From a virus, in the IMG/VR virus record IMGVR_UViG_3300032105_000006: DNA of 37,377 bases; one strand, written 5' to 3'. Both the position numbers and the translations under genes were made by a program. Shown piece after piece: positions 23,121 to 32,429 of the stretch. Below the pieces are notes generated by a model, which was not told the origin of the DNA, ran no database searches, and saw only the letters and a program-made list of their open reading frames with translations. How positions within the stretch are numbered: the stretch's first letter is position 1; every line of letters starts with the position of its first letter.

Positions 23121-23360
23121 TCAGTTAGGAGAAAGAAGACCGCGCTTTTGCTTAATCTGCTCTTCCAGCATCTGACGTTGTTGCAGCTGCTGTTGAGATT
23201 GCTGCTCCTGAATCCGTTTGACAAACTCAGGAAATGGTAAAGGCTGAACGCCCATCATCGCAGCCTCTTCCATGTGTCGGATATAGAGGTCACGAAGACC
23301 GCCAGTTTCTACCGAGACTTGTTTGCTCGGGGCAGAACGCAAGAAATCAAACAGTCCCAT
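23121..23360 (-). CDS. Hypothetical protein (79 aa), Gln-rich C-terminus
   Basis: ORF track. Confidence 0.65.
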   Translation of the reverse strand: MGLFDFLRSAPSKQVSVETGGLRDLYIRHMEEAAMMGVQPLPFPEFVKRIQEQQSQQQLQQRQMLEEQIKQKRGLLSPN

Positions 23361-23535
23361 TGCCGTTCCTTAGTTTCAGTACTCGCCTTTTTTGGGCTTT
23401 TTGCTGGGCTTTTTCGTCTTTTTCATCGGTTTCATCTTTGACCTCTTCATAAGCTGGATGGGTTTTCATCTGCTCGATGTCATTAGGATTGCTGAACTCA
23501 GCAATGTGACCGCTTCTTAGACAACGAAACTTCAT
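23347..23535 (-). CDS. Hypothetical protein (62 aa)
   Basis: ORF track. Confidence 0.6.
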   Translation of the reverse strand: MKFRCLRSGHIAEFSNPNDIEQMKTHPAYEEVKDETDEKDEKAQQKAQKRRVLKLRNGNGTV

Positions 23536-23541
23536 AGAAGA

Positions 23542-23559
23542 AAGCCCCCGAAGGGGCTT
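23542..23559 (-). terminator. GC-rich hairpin AAGCCCC-UUCG-GGGGCUU followed by UUCUUCU (attenuating terminator candidate)
   Basis: 7-bp stem with a UUCG loop, directly after the capsid-decoration gene. Confidence 0.45.
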
Positions 23560-23562
23560 ATG

Positions 23563-23880
23563 TTACCAAGCTGGTCGGCCAACCACAAACTTTACAGTCG
23601 TGGATGCGAGGTCAACAGCACCAGCAGTGTTATTCAGCAGCGTCAGAGTAACGGTATTTGCAGCCGTCACAGCGCCACCAATAACAGCGTCAACAGTGTC
23701 AACGCCAACGCTGATGAAACCAACAGCGTCACCAAGCGCAACGCCAGGAACAGTCACATCTGCGGAAGCAAACGTACCAGAACCAGTAGCAGCATTGCCA
23801 AAATCAACAGTTTCCTTGACCGTCCAAAGTTCTTTGAACAGACCTTGGAACTGTTGCGTACCTTGATTAACAGTAGCCAT
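23563..23880 (-). CDS. Small beta-rich capsid decoration/cement-type protein (105 aa)
   Basis: Position after the capsid gene. Ala/Val/Thr/Gly-rich beta-type composition. Confidence 0.55.
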   Translation of the reverse strand: MATVNQGTQQFQGLFKELWTVKETVDFGNAATGSGTFASADVTVPGVALGDAVGFISVGVDTVDAVIGGAVTAANTVTLTLLNNTAGAVDLASTTVKFVVGRPAW

Positions 23881-24454
23881 ATTTGTCCTTTCGATGTTTA
23901 ACTAAATAATCAATCGCTTTTGCCAAAAAATCAACATTTTCGTAAAAATGTCCAAGTCCTTTATTACATTGGGAGCAAAGTAGTTTTCTTATACTACCAG
24001 ACTTGTGGCAATGATCAACAACCAATCCGGCTCTGCCTTCTGGCGGTTTTTCTTGCTCACAAATTGCACAGCATCCTTTTTGTTCACTGTACATCCTTTT
24101 GTAATCATCAAGTGTTATTCCATAAGTTGCACGAAGCATTGTGCTCCTATGCTGTTCTGGATCACGCCTTAATTTTCTGCGCTCATTATCAAGTCTAGCA
24201 AGCTCTGGATTAGATTGTCTTTTTTCTCTACGCTTTGCATTAATTGACTCAGAATTTTTCCTAGTCCATTCTCGCATATATGCGTTATAAGACTCTCTAT
24301 CTTTCGCCCTACTTTTCTCTTTAACTAAACGCTGCCTTTCCTTTTCCTTTTCTCGGTTTTTTTCAACATAGTTTTTTCTATATGTTTTTAACCGTTCTGC
24401 GTACTCTGGATCAGACTCTTTTCTTTCTTTGACTTGCTGATAAGTAAGTGGCAT
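23867..24454 (-). CDS. Endonuclease VII-type HNH homing endonuclease
   Basis: CCAIC...VVDHCHKSGSIRKLLCSQCNKGLGHF motif. AT-rich. Inserted between the capsid and decoration genes. Confidence 0.85.
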   Translation of the reverse strand: MPLTYQQVKERKESDPEYAERLKTYRKNYVEKNREKEKERQRLVKEKSRAKDRESYNAYMREWTRKNSESINAKRREKRQSNPELARLDNERRKLRRDPEQHRSTMLRATYGITLDDYKRMYSEQKGCCAICEQEKPPEGRAGLVVDHCHKSGSIRKLLCSQCNKGLGHFYENVDFLAKAIDYLVKHRKDKYGYC

Positions 24455-24455
24455 A

Positions 24456-24487
24456 AATTCTCCTGCCGTGTTAATGACAGGAGAATT
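24456..24487 (-). promoter_or_regulatory. Perfect 10-bp hairpin whose 3' arm contains the AGGAG RBS of the EndoVII gene
   Basis: Minus-strand RNA AAUUCUCCUG-12 nt-CAGGAGAAUU-U-AUG. A second hairpin lies at 24493-24511. Confidence 0.55.
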
Positions 24488-24514
24488 GTAGCGACTAATC
24501 CATAATTAGTCTAG

Positions 24515-25558
24515 TCACGCAGGTACCGCACAGGCCAGGCCCGCGTAATCGCGCAGTTCGGTCGTACCAAACAGGCAATCAGCGGTCACAAGGTAGCCCA
24601 GATACTCTTGCTTGTACTGTTGTTGGACGCGCATCTTCATCTGCTCACCGAGCAGCATGGAGTCACGCGAGAACAGCAGCGCAGCACGGTACTTGGTGTC
24701 GGTCGGGCTGGAGGTGGCCCAGTCAACCGTCAGGTCAAACTCGTCAACAAACGATGCGCCGGTCGGAGCGGTGGAGGTAAACGTCACAGATTGGGTGCCG
24801 GTCACGCTGTTGACATGAATCCACGGGCACAGCGAGGAAATATAGATTTCCACACCATACAGGTTGCCCAGACGGCCAGTGCGCAGGGCAGTACCGTCAC
24901 CACGGAAGGCTTGTTCCGTGAATCGGGCAATACCGCGCATGACGTTGGCTTCCACCGGAGGAATCACAAAATACTGCTCATCGCTCGGAACGTCATCATC
25001 TTCCAGATTCTGGATCATGGCGCGGAAGCCAGCATCGGTAATCGCCGCACCGTTACCGGTGTTGGTGTTTGCAGAACCGGAGAATGCAGTCGTACCGTTG
25101 CTGCCAATCACAGCCGATTCGTAGAGGTTGGTAGCACCAGCAATGGAACCACCGTTGAAACGAGCGCCGATCTTGTGCAGTTCGCGGTCAATCCGCTTTG
25201 CCAGAGCATAACCAGCATCGTCCGTGTAGAAGGGCTTCATGCCATTCAGAGCCTGAATGTCAGCGATGTCCTCGTACAGTTTCGAATACTCGTAGTGCTT
25301 GTCAATCGTGAGTCTGATTTCGCCAGCGGTGTCAGCAATCAGCGTAACCTGAGTGTTGGCAGCCTTGACGGAAGCATCGCCGCGAGCGGGATTGGGCAGG
25401 TAGAAGGTGTCACCCTTTTTACCTTGGACGGGCATCTTCTTGACCAGATTGGCCATGACAGTTTTGCCCTTATAGGTTGCGATAGCTTCATCTTCCCATT
25501 GCGCGGGAATCCACTTGTCTGCAACCGTAGTGGTCGTGTTATTCGTACCCAAAGGCAT
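24515..25558 (-). CDS. Major capsid protein
   Basis: 347 aa, follows the scaffold gene. General HK97-type capsid sequence character. Confidence 0.85.
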   Translation of the reverse strand: MPLGTNNTTTTVADKWIPAQWEDEAIATYKGKTVMANLVKKMPVQGKKGDTFYLPNPARGDASVKAANTQVTLIADTAGEIRLTIDKHYEYSKLYEDIADIQALNGMKPFYTDDAGYALAKRIDRELHKIGARFNGGSIAGATNLYESAVIGSNGTTAFSGSANTNTGNGAAITDAGFRAMIQNLEDDDVPSDEQYFVIPPVEANVMRGIARFTEQAFRGDGTALRTGRLGNLYGVEIYISSLCPWIHVNSVTGTQSVTFTSTAPTGASFVDEFDLTVDWATSSPTDTKYRAALLFSRDSMLLGEQMKMRVQQQYKQEYLGYLVTADCLFGTTELRDYAGLACAVPA

Positions 25559-25580
25559 GATAGTTTCCTTTCAAAGTTGT

Positions 25581-26354
25581 TTACCGGACCCGCCCCTCAT
25601 AGTAGGCACGCTCGATTTCTTCTCGTCGTGCTTCAAACTCTTGAGGTTTGGTCAATTTAAGCTGGATGATGTCCGACCTACGGTAAATCTTTTTGGAACT
25701 CTCTCCACTGCCACCAGTTTCAACACTTGCCTTCTTGAGCGATTCGGTACGATTCGCTTTTTCAACAGGGTCAATCTTGGGCTTTGCAGTCAAAGTCTTG
25801 CGCTCTTTGTAAAGAGAATACAACTCGTCTGCGGCCTCAACGTCCAACTTCTGGTCAGCTTCAATGGCAAGCCGAGTCCGTACTTTGCTGGCTGCAATCC
25901 AACTCCGAAACTCGGGGTCGGCTGCTAGTTCAAGTGCGTCAGGATGCTTGCTCAGTAGTTGGGCACGCGCCTGCTCTTGATAAGCCTGCAAGGCATACAG
26001 TTCTGCCTGCTTTACCTTCGGATTTGACTCAACTGCGCGTCGAATCGCCTCCTCAGGGTTCTCAAAAAAATCGACTTTCGCCGGTTCTTCTTCAGTCTTG
26101 GGCTTCAGTTGTGATTTGATAAGCTCATCAGCAAGTCTTCGAACTTCACCGACCTCTTGAGACTGACGCGCAATAAGCTTTTCAGCCTCTTGATGCATCT
26201 TGACGATGTCTTTGAGAGTTTTCCCTTTGTATCGGGGCTCCAAATCATCATCTGTCTCTACCGCTTCTTTGGTCTCTCGGGCCTCATCAACGGTTTCGTC
26301 GGTCAAATTCTCAAACTGCTCTTGCTCCAAATCCTGCTGCTCAGACATAAACAC
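25581..26354 (-). CDS. Scaffolding protein
   Basis: Acidic, helical/coiled-coil composition, directly upstream of the capsid gene. Confidence 0.7.
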   Translation of the reverse strand: MFMSEQQDLEQEQFENLTDETVDEARETKEAVETDDDLEPRYKGKTLKDIVKMHQEAEKLIARQSQEVGEVRRLADELIKSQLKPKTEEEPAKVDFFENPEEAIRRAVESNPKVKQAELYALQAYQEQARAQLLSKHPDALELAADPEFRSWIAASKVRTRLAIEADQKLDVEAADELYSLYKERKTLTAKPKIDPVEKANRTESLKKASVETGGSGESSKKIYRRSDIIQLKLTKPQEFEARREEIERAYYEGRVR

Positions 26355-26493
26355 TCCTGCCCAAATGGGTTGTCAGGTTAAACAACCTCTGCCTTTCGGT
26401 TACCAGAGGACTAGTTGAAATGTACTCGCAATTTTCAAAGTTAGCAAGTGGTCACTAACTTAGATGCAAGCACTCACTTCAATTTTTGCGAAA

Positions 26494-26736
26494 TTAATAC
26501 TCTTCGGCCCAGCTTTTTTTGCCTTTGACCTTGCGATTCTGCTCACGGATGTTTGCCCAGCGGTCGTATGCGGTTGGGAAATCACCAGTAGTTCCATCCA
26601 GTTTGATGCTTGGCATAGAGACTTGTCGGTTCGCGTGACCGCCGCATTCACACTCAACTGAATGTATGTTGGTACTTACTAACTTTTCAAACATTTCGCC
26701 ACAGTCGTGACAGAAAAAGTCATAGAGTCTCTTCAT
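26494..26736 (-). CDS. Zinc-ribbon protein (FmdB-like CxxC...CxCG)
   Basis: FCHDCGEMFE...VECECGG. Confidence 0.7.
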   Translation of the reverse strand: MKRLYDFFCHDCGEMFEKLVSTNIHSVECECGGHANRQVSMPSIKLDGTTGDFPTAYDRWANIREQNRKVKGKKSWAEEY

Positions 26737-26965
26737 TCTTTAATTCCTCATAAGCCTTTTCGGACATTTCCTTGAGTCCAAGGAACCATTTCATGATCGA
26801 AACCTCACCTTTTCTGAAGAACATCTTGTCTGCTGAGTCGATATTATCCAGATTGTTAGTGGCCGCTAACATTTGCTCAACATCTTCAACCAAGTCTTTC
26901 CAGCCTTGTGTTGCCATCATTGAGAAACGTTCTTCGTAATAGCGTTCAAGTTCTTTGTTCATCAT
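26720..26965 (-). CDS. Hypothetical protein (81 aa)
   Basis: ORF track. Confidence 0.7.
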   Translation of the reverse strand: MMNKELERYYEERFSMMATQGWKDLVEDVEQMLAATNNLDNIDSADKMFFRKGEVSIMKWFLGLKEMSEKAYEELKNEETL

Positions 26966-27054
26966 TGGTCTTTGATTAAAACAATGTCATAACCACCGGA
27001 AAGGTCAAGATGCTCTGAATGAAGTTCGTTATAAAACTGTTGCAAGGCTTTCAT
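26962..27054 (-). CDS. Micro-ORF (30 aa) bridging the portal and the next gene
   Basis: Own translation [34 protein letters not shown] overlaps at both ends. Confidence 0.45.
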   Translation of the reverse strand: MKALQQFYNELHSEHLDLSGGYDIVLIKDQ

Positions 27055-29042
27055 TGACGCATTTGAGACATGGCGATACGCTCATTGCTGTCGATGTCTT
27101 TTTCTTTCAGCATCAACTGAGCAAGTTTGTAGCGACGGTCGAACTCTTGGTTCACCTCATTGTCATCAGAAGGGAGATTTCTACTGATAGCAGAGAGAAC
27201 CTTGGCCTTTGTTTCTTCGGGTGCGAGTTGAGCGTTCACCATGTTCAGGATGATCTGGGATTCCTTTAAATGAGTCGCAACTGTCTGATCTGCAATCTGT
27301 GCGTCCACCAATTGCATTTGTTTCTGCATCTGGGCCATCGCAGTTTCTTGTTGAGCAGGGTCAGGCTGGGCAAGCTGGATCAGTTGTTGAGCGATTTCCT
27401 CACGATCCGCCATGGAGGTATTTCTCATGATCGAGGCCATGAGAATAGGCGTTAGCGGAGAATCCGCCCCCAGAGTCTGGACGAGGAAAGCCAGTTGTTT
27501 CTGTTCGTACTCACGGGCAATAATTCCAAGAGTAGCTGTCGGGATGAAATTCACATCCACGGACGGATACCGCTCAGGATCGAACTGCATGTATCTCCAG
27601 CATGCTTTTTGAACGAACGGAATGATGAAGTCTTCCTGGCGATTCACCAAGGCTCGTTTGTTCTTCTTGATCATCGTGGCAACGGCAAGATCAAATCCTT
27701 GTCCACCATCACGAGCTACCTGAGTCACTTGTCCATTGGAGTCTACGGTATTCGTAGACATGAGAAGCATACGCTCAAACTCATTGGCCGTCTGCATGGC
27801 CTGACCGTCAGTCTGACCAAACTTCATCGGCGTGAAGATTTCGGCAGGGTTCCCGTTAGCCAGAAGTGACTTACCTGGGATGACCTCAAACTTCATCCCT
27901 CGTGGGATACGAGTCGCGTCAATTCCCATCATGGGGGCAGTTGTGAGGGCAAGAGAATCCATATGGGACCTCATGGACCCATCGATTGCCATCTGCATAT
28001 TGAAGGCTTTTTCAATCGTCCCACGCCCCGGAAGACGACCGGGAACGGTGTCGTCCTGATATGTCAGGATAGGACGATCCTGCATCATGTACGGGTTCTC
28101 TCCGTACTTTAAAAGCATCCCGTTGTTCCCGATGACTACGATAGCTTCAACCATGTCTTCGTAGTCATCGAGGCCTTCGTTTTCTACCAAAGGTTCGACT
28201 TCTTCTTCCCCGAGATATTCACGAGGAACCAGACCGTAGTAGGTCAGAAGTAGAACTTTCTCGTCCTGAAAATTCGTCTTTTCCTGAGTCGCCTCAAATT
28301 TATCCTCCGAGTACATGCTGTCAATATTGACATTCAGGTACTTCCCCGAGGTAATGCCTTGGGCGATTCTATGGAGAGAGACGTACTTTTCAATCGCAAC
28401 GCCCATGCAATCTTCTACGGATGTCCCGTTGGGGTCCCAAAGGAAGTTTTTTGGGTTGACGGGGACAAGCTGGACGGAGATTCTTTCCCTTGGCATCGTT
28501 CCATAGGCCATTTCGGTTGCGTTGACCGGAACACTCGTCGGATAGAACTCTTTCTTTTGGCTAACAATGACTTCGCCAATACCTGTACCATAAATCTCTG
28601 CCATCAACTCAATTTGATCGACTGACTTCCTCACTTTATCCCGAGAGAAGTCCTCGTAGAGTTGTTTTTTGATCTTGTTGACATCCAGTTGTTCCTGATC
28701 TTCAAGATCGTCTTTGATGTCAAACCACTCACCTTGTCCGAAGATGGCCTCCATCATTTCGGCATGACGGGTCTCTACTGCTTGTTGGGAGGCGGGAGAA
28801 ATAATGCGGGAACGCTCCGACTGACGAATCTTGTCGTCTTCCGTCCACTTTCCTCGAAAGATTCTTTCGTACTTTTCCCAATCATCCATGAAGTTCTGGT
28901 CCCGATAGTCTCTCCATCGGTCGCAGTGGTCCATGACGAAAGCAATGAGCTTTTTTTCGCTTTCAGTGTATTCATGGTATACGGGCTCCGAATCATCAAT
29001 CGGAGTGATCTGCTCGGCCTCACCAGTATTCTTGATCTTCAT
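27051..29042 (-). CDS. Portal protein
   Basis: 663 aa, between the terminase and scaffold genes. Confidence 0.85.
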   Translation of the reverse strand: MKIKNTGEAEQITPIDDSEPVYHEYTESEKKLIAFVMDHCDRWRDYRDQNFMDDWEKYERIFRGKWTEDDKIRQSERSRIISPASQQAVETRHAEMMEAIFGQGEWFDIKDDLEDQEQLDVNKIKKQLYEDFSRDKVRKSVDQIELMAEIYGTGIGEVIVSQKKEFYPTSVPVNATEMAYGTMPRERISVQLVPVNPKNFLWDPNGTSVEDCMGVAIEKYVSLHRIAQGITSGKYLNVNIDSMYSEDKFEATQEKTNFQDEKVLLLTYYGLVPREYLGEEEVEPLVENEGLDDYEDMVEAIVVIGNNGMLLKYGENPYMMQDRPILTYQDDTVPGRLPGRGTIEKAFNMQMAIDGSMRSHMDSLALTTAPMMGIDATRIPRGMKFEVIPGKSLLANGNPAEIFTPMKFGQTDGQAMQTANEFERMLLMSTNTVDSNGQVTQVARDGGQGFDLAVATMIKKNKRALVNRQEDFIIPFVQKACWRYMQFDPERYPSVDVNFIPTATLGIIAREYEQKQLAFLVQTLGADSPLTPILMASIMRNTSMADREEIAQQLIQLAQPDPAQQETAMAQMQKQMQLVDAQIADQTVATHLKESQIILNMVNAQLAPEETKAKVLSAISRNLPSDDNEVNQEFDRRYKLAQLMLKEKDIDSNERIAMSQMRQ

Positions 29043-29176
29043 TTCTTTTTAGGCTTTGCAAGCCCTGCCTTTGAAAGAGCGATGGCGACATCTTGTTTCT
29101 GAGGTTTACCAGCCTTGATTTCCTTGCGGATATTGGAGCTGATGACTTTTTGGCTTTTCCCGGACTTGAGTGGCAT
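29039..29176 (-). CDS. Small basic protein (45 aa) between TerL and the portal
   Basis: Own translation [49 protein letters not shown] overlap with the portal start. Confidence 0.6.
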   Translation of the reverse strand: MPLKSGKSQKVISSNIRKEIKAGKPQKQDVAIALSKAGLAKPKKK

Positions 29177-29211
29177 ATGACCCCCAAAGTAAGTAATTGC
29201 TTACATTCTAC

Positions 29212-30477
29212 TCAGTACCCAGATATTGTGTCCAGAGGCTGGTAGTCGTATTCCTCATCCTCGATGTAGGTTGTAACAGCCATCTGGTCAATCATGGAGA
29301 GGGCGTCAATCAAATCATCGTGGACGCTGGAAGTCGGAAACATGAGGTACTCGTCCTTGAACTCATCCCAGTTTTCTTCTTCATTCAGGATGATCCGACC
29401 GTGTTCAAACCTACCCTGAAGCGCCCAGATAATCCGGTCGTTCTTTTTCTGATTTCCGTGGGTAAGTGGTTGGATGTGGGCGAACTGGTTGTTTTTCCTC
29501 ATCAGTTCACTGAGGTAAGGCATGACAGCGTTAAAAAGAGAGCCTTTTTCAATCCCTACCTTCATGGGTTTGAATTCACGGATGTTTTTAAGGATGCGGA
29601 TGGCGGTTTCACGAATATCCCAGCGTCCATGTTCAATTTTCCTGACAAACCACTTCGCGTCATCTTGTTGTTTGACGACACAAATCGCTGATTGGTCGAG
29701 TCGTTTTTTGCTTTTAGAGGCTGATTGGCCTACGGATTCAAAACCTGCAAGGTCAACCGCGATGTAATAAGAGCCCGGTTTTGGTTCTTTCCCAAACTTC
29801 AACCATTGTTCTTTGAAAACATCCGTCCCAGCGTTATCAAAGTCAGCCAAGTATTCCTGACGGAAAGCAAAGGTACTCAGAGTTCTCTTTGCAGCCTCGA
29901 TTTCAGCGGGGTCGATGAGTTCGTTGTCTGCTGTATAGAAAAGCCATGACTTCCATTCATCGTCTTTTTCATGAACTCCAATCTGATAAAGGTCGTAGAA
30001 GTGGTTTCTTCCCTTTGGAGTCCCAATAAACAAAGCCCGGCCCTTATGGCGAGACAAAGCAGCACGGATAACCTGCTCCCACACAATCGGCTTCATGTCT
30101 GCGTATTCGTCCATGACGACATACCACAGGTCCATGCCTCGAAGGGTATCCGGTCTATCAGCACCACGGACGTAAATAACACACCCGTTGACCAGAGTTA
30201 TCTCCATGTTATTCACATGGGATGAGGCAATGATCTCATGCCCCAAGTCCATCAACAAGTCCCAGATAATGACTCTTGCCTGACCTTGAGTAGGAGCGAC
30301 GTACATCACTCCAGAACCTTTAGGGCATTTCAGGGCTTCAATGAGAAGGGAAACAGCAGCCAGACGAGACTTGCCTGAACGTCTTCCAGCAACTACTACC
30401 TTGAATCGAGACGGATCAGGAAGAACCTTCCTCTGCCACTTGAGAAGCTGGAACGATAAATTAGGCATTATTTGCAA
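29212..30477 (-). CDS. terL: Terminase large subunit
   Basis: Walker A VVAGRRSGKS, Walker B-like LWYVVMDE, C-terminal nuclease-type domain. Confidence 0.9.
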   Translation of the reverse strand: MQIMPNLSFQLLKWQRKVLPDPSRFKVVVAGRRSGKSRLAAVSLLIEALKCPKGSGVMYVAPTQGQARVIIWDLLMDLGHEIIASSHVNNMEITLVNGCVIYVRGADRPDTLRGMDLWYVVMDEYADMKPIVWEQVIRAALSRHKGRALFIGTPKGRNHFYDLYQIGVHEKDDEWKSWLFYTADNELIDPAEIEAAKRTLSTFAFRQEYLADFDNAGTDVFKEQWLKFGKEPKPGSYYIAVDLAGFESVGQSASKSKKRLDQSAICVVKQQDDAKWFVRKIEHGRWDIRETAIRILKNIREFKPMKVGIEKGSLFNAVMPYLSELMRKNNQFAHIQPLTHGNQKKNDRIIWALQGRFEHGRIILNEEENWDEFKDEYLMFPTSSVHDDLIDALSMIDQMAVTTYIEDEEYDYQPLDTISGY

Positions 30478-31067
30478 TACTCAAAAGAATAGCCTTTTGT
30501 TGAAGCAATTTTTTTCTTGCAACATTTGACTATATGGCTCATGTCTAAACAAAGCTCTTTTGCTGCAAAAGTAATTGATTCGTATCTAATGCCATTAGTT
30601 GTACAAAATACAGGAATCCAAGCTTTTGGAGATTGAGTTCCTTTTTTTGCTTTACTTAAATTTTCTTTGTGTTTTTTACTTTTGGGAACGCCTATTAAAG
30701 CTTCCCGTAAATTCTTTAAAGCAAGATCGCTTGGTTTTTTGCCTTTGTGAGCAATACTGAGTCTTTTTTTACTTTCTTCAGTGTGTCTTGGGCCAGAATT
30801 ACTTTTCCCACCAGAACAAATATTGGCCAATTTTTGGCCTAAATCTCTAAAAACAGAGATTAAAAATTCCTCATGAGCTAACGCATCTTGCTCAGAATCA
30901 AAACAGCAAAGTATCTCACTTTTAAAACCACCCGCTTTATTGACAATATTGTGCCAATAATTATTCCTGTTTTGTCTTTTCAAGTGCCTGTTACTTTGTC
31001 CCTTACCAATGTAAAAAAGACAATTTGTATCTGCTCTGTAATGAGCATACGTGTAAAAGTTAGCCAT
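30468..31067 (-). CDS. GIY-YIG homing endonuclease with NUMOD3-like repeats
   Basis: FYTYAH...LFYIGKG...R...N, HTEESKKRLSIAHKGKKPS and KHKENLSKAKKG. Strongly AT-rich. Confidence 0.85.
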   Translation of the reverse strand: MANFYTYAHYRADTNCLFYIGKGQSNRHLKRQNRNNYWHNIVNKAGGFKSEILCCFDSEQDALAHEEFLISVFRDLGQKLANICSGGKSNSGPRHTEESKKRLSIAHKGKKPSDLALKNLREALIGVPKSKKHKENLSKAKKGTQSPKAWIPVFCTTNGIRYESITFAAKELCLDMSHIVKCCKKKIASTKGYSFEYCK

Positions 31068-31310
31068 TAAAGAAATATCATTCCAACCACAAGTCCAATA
31101 ACAATGCCGGCAACAAGATAGTATGGTCGAATATATAGATAAATGTTAGTCATTGCTAACTTCCCAAATCTCCACTCCATCATCTGCTTTCTTTCCAGAA
31201 TCAGAGAACTTCAAGTTAAGATTTGCCATCAGGTCCCTGAAGCAGCCACAGGACAAAACTTCCCATTTTCATGAAAAATCTCAAGCTCCGTAGAAGGATA
31301 AAGTTCGAGA

Positions 31311-31598
31311 CTATTCATCAACTACTCCTATAAGCTCTTTTAAAGAAGGCTCATCCCATAGCACTAAAAGATCATCAGTAAAAAAATACAGTTTTTCAGC
31401 AACAGCATGAGCGTATGTCATTTTTGCAATATTGCAGTTTATTTCTTTTATTTTTGATGTTGCGTATTCCAAAATCAACGCCCTGTCTTCTAAAGAAGAA
31501 TTGCTCATTGAATTAATAACCAACAAAGCAGCATCTCTTTTATGAGAATCGCCGCATTTATGATTATTAAGAAAAATCTTTGTTTCAGGATTCATCAA
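31311..31598 (-). CDS. Hypothetical protein (95 aa), AT-rich
   Basis: ORF track. Overlaps the TerS 3' end by 14 nt. Confidence 0.6.
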   Translation of the reverse strand: MMNPETKIFLNNHKCGDSHKRDAALLVINSMSNSSLEDRALILEYATSKIKEINCNIAKMTYAHAVAEKLYFFTDDLLVLWDEPSLKELIGVVDE

Positions 31599-32043
31599 TC
31601 TCTCCGGTATCGTTGTCTATTGTAATCGGAGATTCACCAATCCCAGTGATGTTAATCTGCACAGCAGTCCTGTTCCCACCCTTTTTAGGTTCAAACAGGC
31701 TGACAGGAAGAATCCGATCCGCACACATCTTCAACGCCGCCATCTGCCCAGGATGGTCATCATTCATAGCAATCTCAAACGTCTTACGAATCACCTTGGT
31801 AGCACGAGGATCACTCAAGAGATATTCCTTGAAGTCCTCCATCCTCTGCTTCTTACCCTTCGTCGTAGCTACAGGCTCCCTAGCCTTCACCACAGGGTTC
31901 ATATTCCTCATCTTCCAAGCCTCCTTATTCAGCTTGGACTTCTCTTTCCTCGTCAGCTCCTTCACAGGCCTGGAACTCAAATCAATCAACTCATCCAGCT
32001 CTTCATCTTCAAGGTCCATTCGGATTTTCCTTTTCGAGTCCAA
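31585..32043 (-). CDS. Putative terminase small subunit
   Basis: First gene of the late block. Charged N-terminus and AALKMCADRILP segment. Assignment rests mainly on position. Confidence 0.5.
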   Translation of the reverse strand: MDSKRKIRMDLEDEELDELIDLSSRPVKELTRKEKSKLNKEAWKMRNMNPVVKAREPVATTKGKKQRMEDFKEYLLSDPRATKVIRKTFEIAMNDDHPGQMAALKMCADRILPVSLFEPKKGGNRTAVQINITGIGESPITIDNDTGEIDES

Positions 32044-32377
32044 TTTCTCTTTTCATGTGGGGAGGAGGATACAACAACTATTTCACCACAACTCACACCC
32101 TCCCCCCCCTAGTAACCACTCACTTCTGTCTATTCCAACAGTAGCAAGCACTTACATCACTCACTTCAGGTGCATGCTTAACATAATTGGCATCGTATCT
32201 GCTACATCCTAGCCTGTATGTTAGTGCTTACTATAGTGTAGGTTATCAAACTGTATGGCTTTGATAAGAACTGTGAATGTAAGGATGGCCGATGGTCCTT
32301 ATAAGGCATCTCTCAGCTATCTCTCATCCATCTGCTTCGCTTGCATCATCCTGGCGCTGATCTATCCCTATCTATAT

Positions 32378-32429
32378 CGCGTGCGCACGCGCGAGGTGAT
32401 TATACGTTAGCGCTTGCTAACATTGTCAA
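32378..32429 (-). promoter_or_regulatory. Late promoter candidate TTGACA-19 nt-TATAAT with a centred dyad GTTAGC-N4-GCTAAC, followed by the 14-bp palindrome CGCGTGCGCACGCG
   Basis: -35 at 32429-32424, -10 at 32404-32399, dyad at 32406-32421, palindrome at 32378-32391. Confidence 0.5.

Noticed and set aside
24608-25660. 350-aa plus-strand ORF
   Set aside because: It is antisense to the major capsid gene. Its product is Arg/Gly/Val-rich and low in complexity, there is no RBS, and it has the typical shadow-ORF character of a GC-rich gene.
31580-32212. 210-aa and 119-aa plus-strand ORFs over the TerS region
   Set aside because: They are antisense to the first late gene. Their products are Ser/Phe/Leu-rich and implausible, and they have no start context.
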